47,009 bases of DNA from Nemertoderma westbladi. Lineage: Eukaryota; Animalia; Xenacoelomorpha. The number at the start of each line of letters is the position of its first letter. Positions within the stretch are counted from its first letter, which is position 1. This document shows positions 23,057 to 34,479 of this stretch, one piece after another. The DNA lies in contig JAUCBJ010001809.1 in the NCBI GenBank assembly GCA_032718475.1, positions 1-47,009 on the forward strand, in the 5' to 3' direction. The position numbers and the translations under genes were made by a program. The notes beneath the pieces were generated by a model, which worked only from the letters and a program-made list of their open reading frames with translations, did no database searches and was not told the origin of the DNA.

Positions 23057-24080
23057 TTTTTAACGAATTTTAGACCGACCGATACAATAATATCTCTATT
23101 TATCTAATTTTTAACGTATTTTAGATTTATAATATATTTAATTGTTATTATCTCAGGCTTAGACCTTCGTTCACACAATACTCACGTTATCTATGGTTCC
23201 AACCCATCTACAGAATGTACTGTACAGTGTCTACCTTTTATTTCAATTTTATCTGTTTTTTTACTCTTAGATAAACCACAGTCAGTATCTACCTTTAATT
23301 CAATTATATCTGCTTTTTACTCTTTTATATACTTACCGCTAATTATATTCACAGATATTTATTTTACTTGAGTTTTATTCTGGACCCTCATGGAAACGAG
23401 GTGAAACCTCATGAGGCCATCCACACGTCACTACATACGCTATCCTTCTTATTTTTACAGTTCGTTACATTAATTATATTTACACTCATATTTACATACA
23501 TATCTATATTTATATTCACTACATACGATATCCTTCTTGTTTATACTGCACATTAACATTAATTATATTTTACCTACGCTTGTGATGTTGAGACCAATTT
23601 GTTTTAAAACTAATGCAATTGTGCAACATCTCTCATGTTACCGTGCCATATAGTACACTACTATGCATAGTCTGATAGTTATATAATATTCATTGTTGTT
23701 TCTCATCGTTGTTTCGCTTTACATTGCGATTTTATCTGTTTAGTGCATATAATTTGTTGTTGACGTAAAAAAATCAAATCAAATCAAATCAAATATGCAA
23801 AAGTGTAATCAGGCTGTCAGGTACCGGTAATTTATAGCTGTCAGTCAGTCAGTAGGTCTAATTATCTAAAATCCAATTTAACAAAAAAATTTATCAAGAC
23901 TGACGAATATTCCATAATTTTCAATGTTTAAATTTTACATATAGGCATACAGCAGTACTGCAGTACAGACAGACAGATAGGCCTCCTACTCTAGTCTGCT
24001 ACTACACCATCTGACCATCAGACCATGCAGCTACTGAGCTATGCTTACATATTTTCATATCTTACACAACATACGGGAGA

Positions 24081-24323
24081 TAGGAGGGGGGAAACTGGAC
24101 GCAAATCCTATCTTGGCGAATAAATATCCCGCCTCAATGTTAAATTATCAATTTAGGGAAAGGAGCAGGTTACAGTGGCACGTTATTTTAACCAAAACAA
24201 TAAACTAAACACAATAGAACAGGTTACAGTTTTATTTTTTAGAGTAATTAGCTGTTATTTGCGTGGAATTTCCCCTGGAGAGAGGAGAGGGATACATTTT
24301 TATTGCGTCTAAAGTCCCCCCTA
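24081..24323. mobile_element. About 245-bp MITE with GGGGGAAACT(G/C)GACGC-type termini
   Basis: Ends GGGGGGAAACTGGACGCAA ... TTGCGTCTAAAGTCCCCCC; a second, inverted copy lies at 31183-31448; the internal TGTAACCTG / TTTATTGTTTTGGTT core also occurs near 9176, 32780-32890, 35400 and 38965. Confidence 0.8.
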
Positions 24324-25002
24324 CCTGACGCTGACATACGGTAGGCCTATTTTCACCTATCCGACCTACACTTTTTACATTCAGCATGGCATGTGGACTG
24401 TAATCGTACGGCAGGCCTACCTCTGCAGTATTATACGATGAAATGAAAACAGAGACTAAATTTTGAAAAAATTGCAAACATCTACCGGTATTTTCAGTTG
24501 GGTTCAACACAAGGTGTACTAAATAAATTAAAATAAGATAAAATAAAAATAAAAATAAGTTATTTAGTACACCTTGGTTCAACAACAATTTTTGAGCAAG
24601 AAATCCGAATATTATGTAGGCAGGCCTATGCCAGTATGCCCTTTTACTTAACAATGGTCAGACACTCAGAATTAGTCCCATGGCTACGTTTTATGTAGGA
24701 CCGGGTGACAGTCAGACAGTTCAGCTACTATGATTCCATGGTGGGACTAGTTCAGTAGTTCACAGATACTTTCACACATTTTGAAGTAAAGAAACACAGA
24801 AACGTGTTTTACACCGTTTGGAACAAATTAGAACATGAACCTTGCTGAAATTCAAAAATTTTAGAAATATAAACCACCCTTCTACATACATACATATACA
24901 TACATGCTGCAGATAGACCCCTTCAACACTTTGCACTGCTTAATGATATTCTAAGATTAACCGATTATTAGTCCTATCATGCTTCTATACATGTGCTGAT
25001 AT

Positions 25003-27717
25003 ATGATGTTTTCAATGGACCATTATGGGCAGCCGCTTGGTCTTCTACCAACTCCAACTTTGCCAGCACCAAGGGGTAGTATTACTTATCTACCTCCACC
25101 ACCCCCACCCTCAAGGGTTGATCCGATCCCCAATAAGAAGTTCATCCAACACTTACCACCACTGCCGCAACCTTTGGGTGACCAATTAGCGCCTGTAAAG
25201 CGACAACCACAATGTTCTCCCTATGGGCAGTGGCCCCAACATCATGAAAGTGATGTTGGGTGTAACACTATCGCCGAGGGAAGGGGTGAGCCTTTTAGGC
25301 CTAATGCCAAGGATGTTGATGAGAGACTATTTGATACCGATGTTAATTACAAATTCCCAACTTTACAAAATGACTTATTTGAAGTTGAACATCATAGGTA
25401 TCACCATAGTAGCCGAGATAAAAGTTCCCGTCGATATCAGGAGGATAATCATGGGAATGGGCAACGCGATAGATCGTACAGGGATAGATCTGATTGTGCA
25501 GGGAGAATGGGAGTGAGATCCCCTGGAGGAAGAGATCGCAGAGGGAAATCCAGGGATCGCGAATCTAGGGGAAAGTCCAGGGAACGCGAAACTAGGGGAA
25601 AGTCCAGGGATCGCGAAACTAGGGGAAAATCCAGGGATCGAGAACCTAGGAGAAAACCCAGGGATCATCAAACTAGGGGAAAATCCCGGGAACGCGAAAG
25701 TAGGGGAAAATCCCGGGAACGCGAAAGTAGGGGAAAATCCAGGGAACGCGAACCCAGGGGACAATACGGGGATCATAAACGAAGGAACAGGGATCGATGG
25801 AGCCTTGACGTGTCAGACTCGGAAATAGAACCCCGTCGCACAGCGACTATATTAATCCGTGGACTCGGTCCCGGGATAGATGAGTCGGATATCCGAGCGG
25901 AACTGAGTAGATACTCGATTTCGACGGACGTCGTTAATATATCGCTGGTTGGAGCTCAGGAGTCGGGGGAATCTCGTCGGGGAATCGCCTACCTCGACTT
26001 CCGTGACCGACAGGAGGCGCTGCGGTTCATGGATGAGAGTAAATCGCGTATGAAACTGGAAACCAACTGGTTGATAATGCACTTCTCGGATGAGGGACAC
26101 GTTGCCGACCATGATTGGTCGTGCAACTGGTGTTTGGTGCTAAACTTTCGGGGCAGGCGGCGGTGCTTTAAGTGTCATCGGGAGTGGGAACCGAGCGGCC
26201 CCACCGGTGTTAATCTGGTCAGCGTTGACCCAACAGACGCTATACTATTCCGCAATATAAACCTGAGAACGCAGGAGAGTTCGCTGTGGCAGACTTTGTT
26301 CCCTTTTATTAGCAACCTCGGGTTGAAGCCTCCCAAGAACCTACGAATCGAGCCGTGTCGTCAGGAACCCAAATTCGCACGCCTGGAACTCAACTCGGTC
26401 TCCGACGCCAACTCCCTCCTGCAGTCCCTGTTCCAGGTGACCCCGCCACTGACGGTAGACAACCGAACTCTCGTTATATCCTACTGTAAATCCGATAGTG
26501 GCGGCGGTTTCGGGACCAGGGACGTCGGGGCCCAGGCGATCGCCGCGTCGCAGTGGAGTTCCGCCGCGGACACCGCCGCCGACGGAGCGGAGCCGGACCT
26601 CTCCCGGTACCAGTACGAACCGACTTCCGGTTTCTACTACGACCACTCGACCGGCCTCTACTACGACCCGACGACTCGCTACTTCTACAACGGCGAGACG
26701 CAGACCTACTGCTACTGGGACGCCGCTCGGTCTGAGTTTGTACCCGTAGCAGCTGGTAGCGAGGATGGGGTAACCGGTGCTGGGTCTACCGCCACCGCTG
26801 GGGAGGGCACCTCTACTCCGATCGGAGTGGAGCCCCCCGCGGCAGTAAAACCCTTCGCAATTAATGATACTCATAAAAAGGAGAAGGAGAAAAAAAAAGA
26901 AACTGCCCGTAAGATCGCCAAAGACATGGAGAAATGGGCCAAAGAACTTAATGCGAAACGATACGCGGCAAAGATCGGTGTGGCGCCCGTAAAGCTCGCG
27001 GCAATAAATGCAGCAGAGCAGCACATATTCGATGTGGATGACGGAGGCACTGCGGACATTGGGCACGCGGTTCTAGAACAGAAGATCTACCAGGTGCCGT
27101 GCGCCCCGCCGCCGGTAGAGATGCCCCCCTGGAAGGCGTCTGTGCCCGTGGCGTCGGCACCGGATACATCGGTTACCCAACTTATTGAGTCCGAGGAGTC
27201 CAAACTGATAGACTTCGCCAAGTTGGCCTGTCTGCTGTGTAAACGGCAGTTTAAGGACGCGGCCACCCTAGAGAAGCATAAGAACGCGTCGGAACTGCAC
27301 CGAACCAATCTGGCGGCGTGGAGCAATGACTCTCTCCCGTTGCTGGGGATACGGCCGCCCGCGATTGCGGGGCCGTACAGAGACCGCGCAGCAGAGAGGC
27401 GGGGACATTGCGGGGTCGACGAGATGCCGCCACGGAAGCGGGAAGAGGAAGAGACAACCATAACCGCGTCGGTGTCAGCCACAAAGCCACCGATAGGCGG
27501 CGAAAATATAGGCAATAAAATGTTGAAAGCGATGGGTTGGACGGGGGGTGGGTTGGGGTCTAAGGGGCAGGGTCGCTCGGACATAGTGAGTGTAAGTCAA
27601 CGTCAGGGACAGACCGGGTTGGGAAGTCGGCAGTCGAAGTACACACCGGGACCGGGGCAGACTTACAAATCCGCGATCCACGAAATGACAAAGGCCAGAT
27701 TCGATAACATCGATTAA
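25003..27717 (+). CDS. RBM5/RBM10: RNA-binding protein 5/10-like splicing regulator, 904 aa, uninterrupted CDS
   Basis: Domain order RS/RE-rich region, RRM1 (TILIRGL...RGIAYLDF), RanBP2 finger (DWSCNWC...RRRCFKC), RRM2, OCRE (YQYEPTSGFYYDHSTGLYYD), KIAKDMEKWAK, C2H2 (CLLCKRQF...H...H), YRDRAAERR, G-patch (NIGNKMLKAMGW). Start Met could be 25003, 25006 or 25015. Confidence 0.93.
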   Translation: MMFSMDHYGQPLGLLPTPTLPAPRGSITYLPPPPPPSRVDPIPNKKFIQHLPPLPQPLGDQLAPVKRQPQCSPYGQWPQHHESDVGCNTIAEGRGEPFRPNAKDVDERLFDTDVNYKFPTLQNDLFEVEHHRYHHSSRDKSSRRYQEDNHGNGQRDRSYRDRSDCAGRMGVRSPGGRDRRGKSRDRESRGKSRERETRGKSRDRETRGKSRDREPRRKPRDHQTRGKSRERESRGKSRERESRGKSREREPRGQYGDHKRRNRDRWSLDVSDSEIEPRRTATILIRGLGPGIDESDIRAELSRYSISTDVVNISLVGAQESGESRRGIAYLDFRDRQEALRFMDESKSRMKLETNWLIMHFSDEGHVADHDWSCNWCLVLNFRGRRRCFKCHREWEPSGPTGVNLVSVDPTDAILFRNINLRTQESSLWQTLFPFISNLGLKPPKNLRIEPCRQEPKFARLELNSVSDANSLLQSLFQVTPPLTVDNRTLVISYCKSDSGGGFGTRDVGAQAIAASQWSSAADTAADGAEPDLSRYQYEPTSGFYYDHSTGLYYDPTTRYFYNGETQTYCYWDAARSEFVPVAAGSEDGVTGAGSTATAGEGTSTPIGVEPPAAVKPFAINDTHKKEKEKKKETARKIAKDMEKWAKELNAKRYAAKIGVAPVKLAAINAAEQHIFDVDDGGTADIGHAVLEQKIYQVPCAPPPVEMPPWKASVPVASAPDTSVTQLIESEESKLIDFAKLACLLCKRQFKDAATLEKHKNASELHRTNLAAWSNDSLPLLGIRPPAIAGPYRDRAAERRGHCGVDEMPPRKREEEETTITASVSATKPPIGGENIGNKMLKAMGWTGGGLGSKGQGRSDIVSVSQRQGQTGLGSRQSKYTPGPGQTYKSAIHEMTKARFDNID
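25540..25760 (+). repeat. 27-bp coding tandem repeat (RGKSR[D/E]RE[S/T/P]), about 8 copies, in RBM5/10
   Basis: Unit approximately AGGGGAAAATCCAGGGAACGCGAAACT. Confidence 0.9.
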
Positions 27718-29659
27718 TGGCTTAGATGATGTTATAACGTTATCGTTATGTAATTATCCTATGTATTTAATTGTTAAGTTAAGAAGTAAAAAACCTTAGC
27801 GGTCTTTTATAAATAACCGAAGATGCAATCAGTCAGTTTGCAGGTAATTTAATTTTAATTTATTTCCAGGCGGAGGTCTGTAATGTAAGAATCTTACATT
27901 ACGTCGTTTATATGTTTTTTTTTGTTTCTTGCTTTGATAATGAATTATTAAATACATAGAATAATTATGATATTTAATATATACGTCGCTATGTATATAT
28001 ATATATGGCTCAGTGTACTGTTATATTCACTATGTCTACATATTAATATTAGTAAATGTGTGTTCCTCTACGATTCAACAATAATATTTGTCAAATTCTA
28101 TTCAACCTTTAAGGTTTGTAGGGTACACCAAGGGTATAAGGTTTTCACACATTTAATTAATTAAAGTCTTTTTAATGATGTTATAGAAATTAATACCGGT
28201 AGCGGTTTATATTAAGACATCGTTCTAGACCGCCATCCAACACATTCAGTCCTAGAATACGTCAGTGACACGGGGTTATACACTACTCCGTACTCCTACC
28301 ATGGTCTACTATAATATATATTGCGTCTACACTCTACACCCATATGGGTCTAACTTATAGTTGCTTCTTAGTTATATTGTGTTTAATTGAATATTCCAAA
28401 CTCTAGTTTACTTGTTGTGGTTGATAACCCATAGCGTTTACTCCCCAGTCACACTAATAAGAACACTTAAGTATCCGTTAGAATTAGCAAATAATGTTTT
28501 CAGTGAACACATTTCAGTTGGAACTAAATCAGAAGAAAAAGTACCACATTCCTCCGCAGAAAGGCCGCTCAACTATTTACCAAAAATAGGACCTAAAGAA
28601 AATCTGACAACTTTTGATAGAACCTAGAGTTGAAACAGAGACCTGTTTTCTTAAGGGCACATTAATGTCTATACATTGGACTATTAAGCTGTACCTTTTC
28701 TGAAGAATTGGTTCAACAGAATGGCTTGAAGTTTTTATGGGAATTAATTTAGCGTGTGTTTTAAACGTGGTTGCGAAAAAAATTAAAGCCATTTTAGTCA
28801 CCAGAAATTATCATAATGAAAAATGTAATTTTTAAAAATTGAAAAATCACGTATTTAGGCCGTTTTTTGTGATGTAACTTTTTACATTTCTAACCTACAT
28901 GTCTAAATGTGGTTCCACCTATAAAGGATTAGTAGAAGAACATATACTGAAAATTTCATGCAATTCGGTCCAGCGGTTCCAGAGAAACAGGTACAAACAA
29001 ATTCTGAGATAAAGCCATTTAAAGTTTTCAAACCTTTCCGCCATTTTTTGTTAAATGGAGTTCAAATTATCATAATCATAAAAAAATAAAATAAAAAATA
29101 AAAAAATCATAATTCAAATTATATTAAAAAAATAAGGAAGAATACTTCTTAACTAAAATTTTCGATATGGGGCTCTTCCGGGGTGGTGTTTGCATTTCCG
29201 ATGTCAGTTTTAACGTTTGATGAATTCCAGACTGTCAGTCTGTCTGTTTATCAGACAATCGGTCTGTCTGTCAGTCGAAATTTAGGAAAGGACACAACCT
29301 CGCTAACACTTTAGTTGGAGGGGTTTTCCTGGGTGGTAATTCCATTTTTGGTGTCTGTATTCAAATATAATGGCTTTGTCTTGGTCTGTATACCTTCCGG
29401 TCTGTCTGTAAAAATATAACAGACAGACAGACAGCCGGATAGACCATCTAAGAACCTTTAAAACAGACATGGATTCATTTCACAAGACACATTTCATTCA
29501 ACAATCACTTTACAAGCCTCTTTACGCTCGTTCCCTTCATTTGGTCGTCATAATATCTATCCTACAACAAGTCGAAGAACCCTCATTGGGTGCTAATTTA
29601 TCTTAATTAAACGACCTTAAATGAAATATATGATTACCTATACATTTAGTATTAATTAA

Positions 29660-29978
29660 TTGGTGTTATGGCTGAAAGAGTGGTTCATATTATTATAACT
29701 TTTTTCTGGGCACAGCTTTTGCAAAGTCAACAATGACGTCCAGGTGGGATCGAACTGGTAACCTCCGGGTTGGAAGTCTGCCGCTCTAACCATTCAGCTA
29801 GAGGCTCGGGTAAAAGATAGACCTGGAAATACTACCTGATACCTTGTATGTCCGAAATTTACCTCCTCATGGCCTCCCAACTGTCAATACCATCATATGC
29901 TGCCACATGATGGCATGTGGCTTTTTTTTAACATAAAGTTATAATAATATGAAGCCACTCATTCACCCAAAACACCAA
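29660..29978 (-). mobile_element. TIR-bounded element carrying a degenerate tRNA-like (A box/B box) segment, copy 1
   Basis: Imperfect inverted ends 29660-29702 / 29935-29978; minus strand TAGCTGAATGG (29800-29790) and GTTCGATCCC (29755-29746). Confidence 0.7.
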
Positions 29979-30157
29979 TAATAAATTATAAATATACCGG
30001 TCACATTTCGCTCTGAGTGTAACTATCCTACCTAAATTAGTAGTTAGAGTGTTTAATTAATCATTGTGGCCGTGGTGGTTCATGGTTAATATACACTACG
30101 CTTTCATTGTTGCGAGTGTTTAAAGACGGCCAAGTACGCGTAGGGTTGACCACAGTC

Positions 30158-30350
30158 GTGGCAGCATATGATGGTATTGACAGTTGGGAGGCCATGAGGA
30201 GGTAAATTGCGGACATACAAGGTATCAGGTAGTATTTCCAGGTCTATCTTTAACCGGAGTCGCTAGCTGAGTGGTTAGAACGTCACACTTTCAACCCGGA
30301 GGTCACCAGTTCGATCCCACCTGGACGTCATTGCCGACTTTGCAAAAGCT
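30158..30350 (+). mobile_element. Second, inverted copy of the tRNA-like-containing element
   Basis: Highly similar to the reverse complement of 29714-29906; A box TAGCTGAGTGG 30264-30274, B box GTTCGATCCC 30309-30318. Confidence 0.7.
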
Positions 30351-30849
30351 ATTTATTATAAATAAGTTATAATGTACATGTAGTGGGAGTATCAGGATTA
30401 AAAATAGAGTAAAAATGAATATAGAATTTTGTTGTAGCGAGAGTATTAAAAATAGTTAAAGAAATTATTTATATAGTATGAAATATATTTGTGAAAAAAA
30501 TCATTCATTTTGAATTTTATGTTGTACAAGATAAATAGTTTCATTTCATTTATTAATCATTACATGACTAATCTGTACAGAGACAAATGGAGGCAGTCAC
30601 ACAAGGATTGGGCTGATAAAAGGAACACATCCGCTAAATGTTAACATTATATGTCAACATTGTACTGTAAAATGTACACAGTGTAAATCTAGTGTAAATT
30701 AATTGTGTACAGTAACCCTAATTATGTAAGACATGTTACATATTAATTATTATTAGTTCTTCATTACCTAGAATCAATATTAATTACTCCTCTATAATAT
30801 CTAATCACTCTATCTATAATTACTCCTCTTAACTGATAATGCAAAACTG

Positions 30850-31135
30850 CTGGCTGTTTGGATTGACTCTAAACAAACTAGAATGGAAAACACACATATC
30901 ACATATTATTGAAAAGATATCCAAATCATCTGGCATTTTCTACAAACTTCGACACGTATTTCCTTTAAACATTCTCCGCACAATGTATCTTACTTTAATA
31001 CATCCATATATACACTACTTACGGAATTTTACTCTGGTGCTCAATTCGCGAAGATACTCGTAAGCCTCTTCGAATTAAAATAAACAAACTGTTACGTTGT
31101 ATTGCTTTCTCGGACTACCGATCCTCGGCGACACC
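30850..31135 (+). mobile_element. Degraded CR1/L2-type LINE fragment (post-RT region)
   Basis: LEWKTHISHIIEKISKSSGIFYKLRHVFPLNILRTMYLTLIHPYIHY. Confidence 0.7.
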
Positions 31136-31182
31136 ACGTGGAAACAAACAACTATAATTATACTACCACTACACACGCCAGA

Positions 31183-31448
31183 TAGGGGGGGGGGGGGGGG
31201 GGAAACTGGACGCAATAAAAATTCATCCCTCTCCAGGGGAAATTCGACGCAAATAACAGCTGATAACTCTCAATAATAAAACTGTAACCTGTTCTATTGT
31301 GTTTAGTTTATTGTTTTGGTTAAAATAACGTGCCACTGTAACCTGCTCCTTTCCCTAAATTGAACTATCTATTTAACATTGACGCGGGATATTAATTCGC
31401 CAAGGCGGGTTTAGCGTCGAGTTTCCCCCCCCCCCCCCCCCCCCCCCC
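31183..31448. mobile_element. MITE, inverted copy of 24081-24323, with long G and C runs at the ends
   Basis: G-run+AAACTGGACGC ... GCGTCGAGTTT+C-run; interior is the reverse complement of the 24.1-kb copy. Confidence 0.8.
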
Positions 31449-31489
31449 TGTCTCACACACACAGTAGGCCTACTGTAGGATTTTATGTA

Positions 31490-31940
31490 GGACATTTTTG
31501 TGGGGATGGAATCTGGAATTTCATTATTTATAAAGGGAGAGGACGAGGGGGTCAATAAGGGTTCCTTGTAGGACGTCCCACTTCTACCTTAGGATGAGTG
31601 TGGGTGAGTATAGAGTGCCCATTTGCTCTCGCGAGGTCATGATCAAGAGATTAAAGGCCTTGCTGAGATCGAGGAATGTGATTGAAACGTGATTACTACA
31701 ATTATGTAGCTGGTGACGCCAATTTTCAGTTGCGTATGTGATTGCATCAGCTATTGAGTACTTTTAAGAAAACAAGTTGGAATGGATTTTTATGCCGGTA
31801 AAGAAATAGTTAAATTTGATTGACTAACATTTTTTCAAATATCTTTGCATTCGGTTGAGTAACTGAAATTATGGCGGTTTTGAGGGAAATTGTCATCACC
31901 TTTTTTGTAAATGAGTGTTATATCGGATATTTTTAAACAG
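31490..31940 (-). mobile_element. Highly degraded LINE RT core remnant
   Basis: Minus strand reads FLDLSKAFNLLDH (about 31640-31680) and a decayed QG motif near 31560; many disruptions. Confidence 0.55.
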
Positions 31941-32924
31941 TTATATCAGTAGGCCGATATAAGTGTTGGTCAATTTTAAGTAGACCCTTAAATGGGTCCA
32001 GTTAATTAATTAACTTTATTATTCAAATTATAATATATAATAATAGTGAAAATAAATCAATAATTAATGTACCTACTGTATATAGCGCATACTGTAGTTT
32101 TCAAACCAGCTAAATTATGGTTAAAAGTCTAATAATTTGAATATGGAGTTTAACCGGAGCTGCCGGAAGTGACGTTTGAGACCGGAAGTCGCGCATCCAT
32201 GCAGTCAACTATTAACCAGCCTCCAGCATGGTTCTGACGCACTCCACACAGGGCGCACTCGAACCCATGGTTCCTCATTGATTCTCGTCTCGTCACGAGG
32301 GTAGGTGTCGGAAGAGGATCTTGGCTTCCGCACACCACATTCCGTCGGTGTTACCAACTTGAGGTGTGAAGGACATGCGTTTGTCTTCGCATGGTAGTGA
32401 GACTTCTTCTGTAGTGCCCGTTGCTCCAGGGGGGACTCGATTGGCCTGAATAAACAGGTACGTGTTTGCGTCAGGGTTGATAACCGCAATGTGGAACCAC
32501 GCAACCTGTTGATTTCCCCAGACGCCCCGCCCCGGCTGGTAGCCCCGGGGTTCATCATGGTGTTTTATCACCAGGCCCTCAGATTTGTAGCTGTGATGTG
32601 GTGAAAGGCCCGTCACAGCCTTCACAATTAGTTGAAGGCCCGGCGACTACTAAGCTAACACAATTAATTTTTTTAACACTAAAATTAATCATTCTTCCAC
32701 TATTTTTATTGTGTTTTTTTTTCACTAAATTTAATCATTATACACTAAAATTAATCATTCATAACTATTTTTTATTGGCATTGGGATACCGGTACATTTT
32801 TTGCTGGTTATAAAAGCTCACCTATGTAACCTGCTCCTGTCCCCCAATTGGTAACAACACTGTTTATTGTTTTGGTTATAAAAGCCTACTACTAGGATCG
32901 GCATGCTGCATTGCAGCTGCATTT

Positions 32925-34430
32925 TTAAGAATGCTGTGCCGGCTTATCGACAAAATTGCACCGCCACAACTCCCTATCACCCATGACATTTGCTAGATCA
33001 TCCGCAACTTCAAGGCCAGTGTCCTTTAAGATGCGTCTCAAGAAAGTCATGGGCTGTCCACCATGCTTATTCACTCCATGAGGCTGCCAAAGTACAAGAT
33101 TATGCACTGGCTGGTCCTCACGGCGAAAGCAATGTCCTGCAAAGCGGAGGCGATTTTGTTCTAGTGTCAAGCTTGGGGGAACCAATGAGACACCTCCAAT
33201 GTTATATAGTGTCTGGTTGGAGATGTGTGCATTGTAATTGACACAATGAACCCGGCGTAGCATTCTTGTGAATGTGCCATCCAGAGATTTGGTATCCTCA
33301 GCAGTTAGAGCCCAGCATGGACTCCCATAGAGGAGTACTGGAACTACTGCTGCTCTAAATAATCGGACCTTAAGTTTCCGATTAATTCTCGGTGACTTCC
33401 AAATCCTGGAAAGCCTATTCAAGGCTGCCCATGCCTTTCCCTTACGTATTCGAAGGTCCTCACCTGACTTCCGGATCTATGATCCCAGGTAACAGAAGTC
33501 ATCCACATGCTCAAGCATACCATCTTTTGAGCTTATGCTCATCCGATCGGAGACTTGCTGAGGACTTTCAAAGTTAACTGTCAAATTTTGGTCTTTCTGG
33601 AGTTACTAAAAAGACCAACACTAGAAGCAGCATGCTCTAATGAGCTGAGGAGTCGTTGGGCTCCCTCTAGTGATTCTGAGAATACTCCTAAGTCATCAGC
33701 AAAGTCTAGATCAGTTAGGTACTTGGCAGGATTTCCTCGACTTCTGGAGCCAGTAGGTGGAGTTATCACCACCCCATCATCATTATGATGATCTAAGGAC
33801 ATGCGTAGAACATAGTCAACCACAATAATGAACAAGAATGGTGCAAGTGTGTCTCCTTGGAGGACGCCCCATAACACTTCAAATGGTTCTGTGTCACCGT
33901 CAACAGTAGACACAAAATGTTGTCGAACCATCGTATACTGATCTGATTGCTGCAATAATTTCATCAGGAATCCCATATAATGAAAGTATGCTGAACATAC
34001 GTGAGCGAGAGACTGAATCAACGGCCTTGAAGAAGTCAACAAAGATAACAGCCAGATGCCTGTCTTTCTTTTTTGATAACTCTTCAATTATCCTTCTAAG
34101 TGCCAAAATGGGCTCCATGGTCCCACGACCTTTAGGAACCCATTCTGATTTCCACGGAGCAGTCTCTCAATGGGATCCCTGATGCAATTTAATAGAATTC
34201 TATTGTATAGCTTTGCAGCAATCGAGATCAATGAGATTCCCCGAAAATAACCATAGAGTGTTAGGTTGCCTTTCTTGGGAACTGGCACCAACTTATTTGT
34301 TTTCATTTCTTAAGGGACTCTTATTGTTCGGTACATGTCTACTATGATGGGATAGATGAGCTTTAAACACTCAGGTATTTTAAAGACCTCAGGGGGAACA
34401 CCATCTACTCCACTGGAACGATTGATCTTA
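32925..34430 (-). mobile_element. RTE-like LINE, 5'-truncated, multiple frameshifts
   Basis: VPVPKKGNL..FRGISL, FVDFFKAVDSV, GVLQGDTLAPFLFII, DLDFADD, RLRFAGHCFR spread over several frames. Confidence 0.88.
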
Positions 34431-34479
34431 AATATATATAAAAGCCTACCTCTGTAACGAATTGATTTAATTTGGTGGA

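Larger units (their letters stand above)
18640..23794 (+). mobile_element. Apparently full-length, intact two-ORF LINE of the CR1/L2 group (5' boundary approximate)
   Basis: ORF1 plus APE-RT ORF2 without frameshifts, about 700-bp 3' UTR containing a stem-loop, terminal (AAATC)4 tail at 23771-23794. Confidence 0.9.

Noticed and set aside
29735-30330. Two functional tRNA genes
   Set aside because: A and B boxes are present but anticodon and acceptor stems do not pair, and the copies differ at the would-be anticodon (TCC versus TTC).
30850-31940. Opposite-strand LINE remnants as a twin-priming 5' inversion
   Set aside because: The RT-core piece lies downstream of the plus-strand 3' piece, the wrong order for twin priming, and both are too decayed to show they are one element.
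32440-32650. HDV-like ribozyme, hammerhead, RNase P/MRP or telomerase RNA assignment for the GC island
   Set aside because: No P3/L3 plus P1.1 arrangement; ATGATGA instead of CTGATGA with no adjacent GAAA; candidate P4 halves too close together; no AACCCTAAC template. Kept only as an unassigned structured region.
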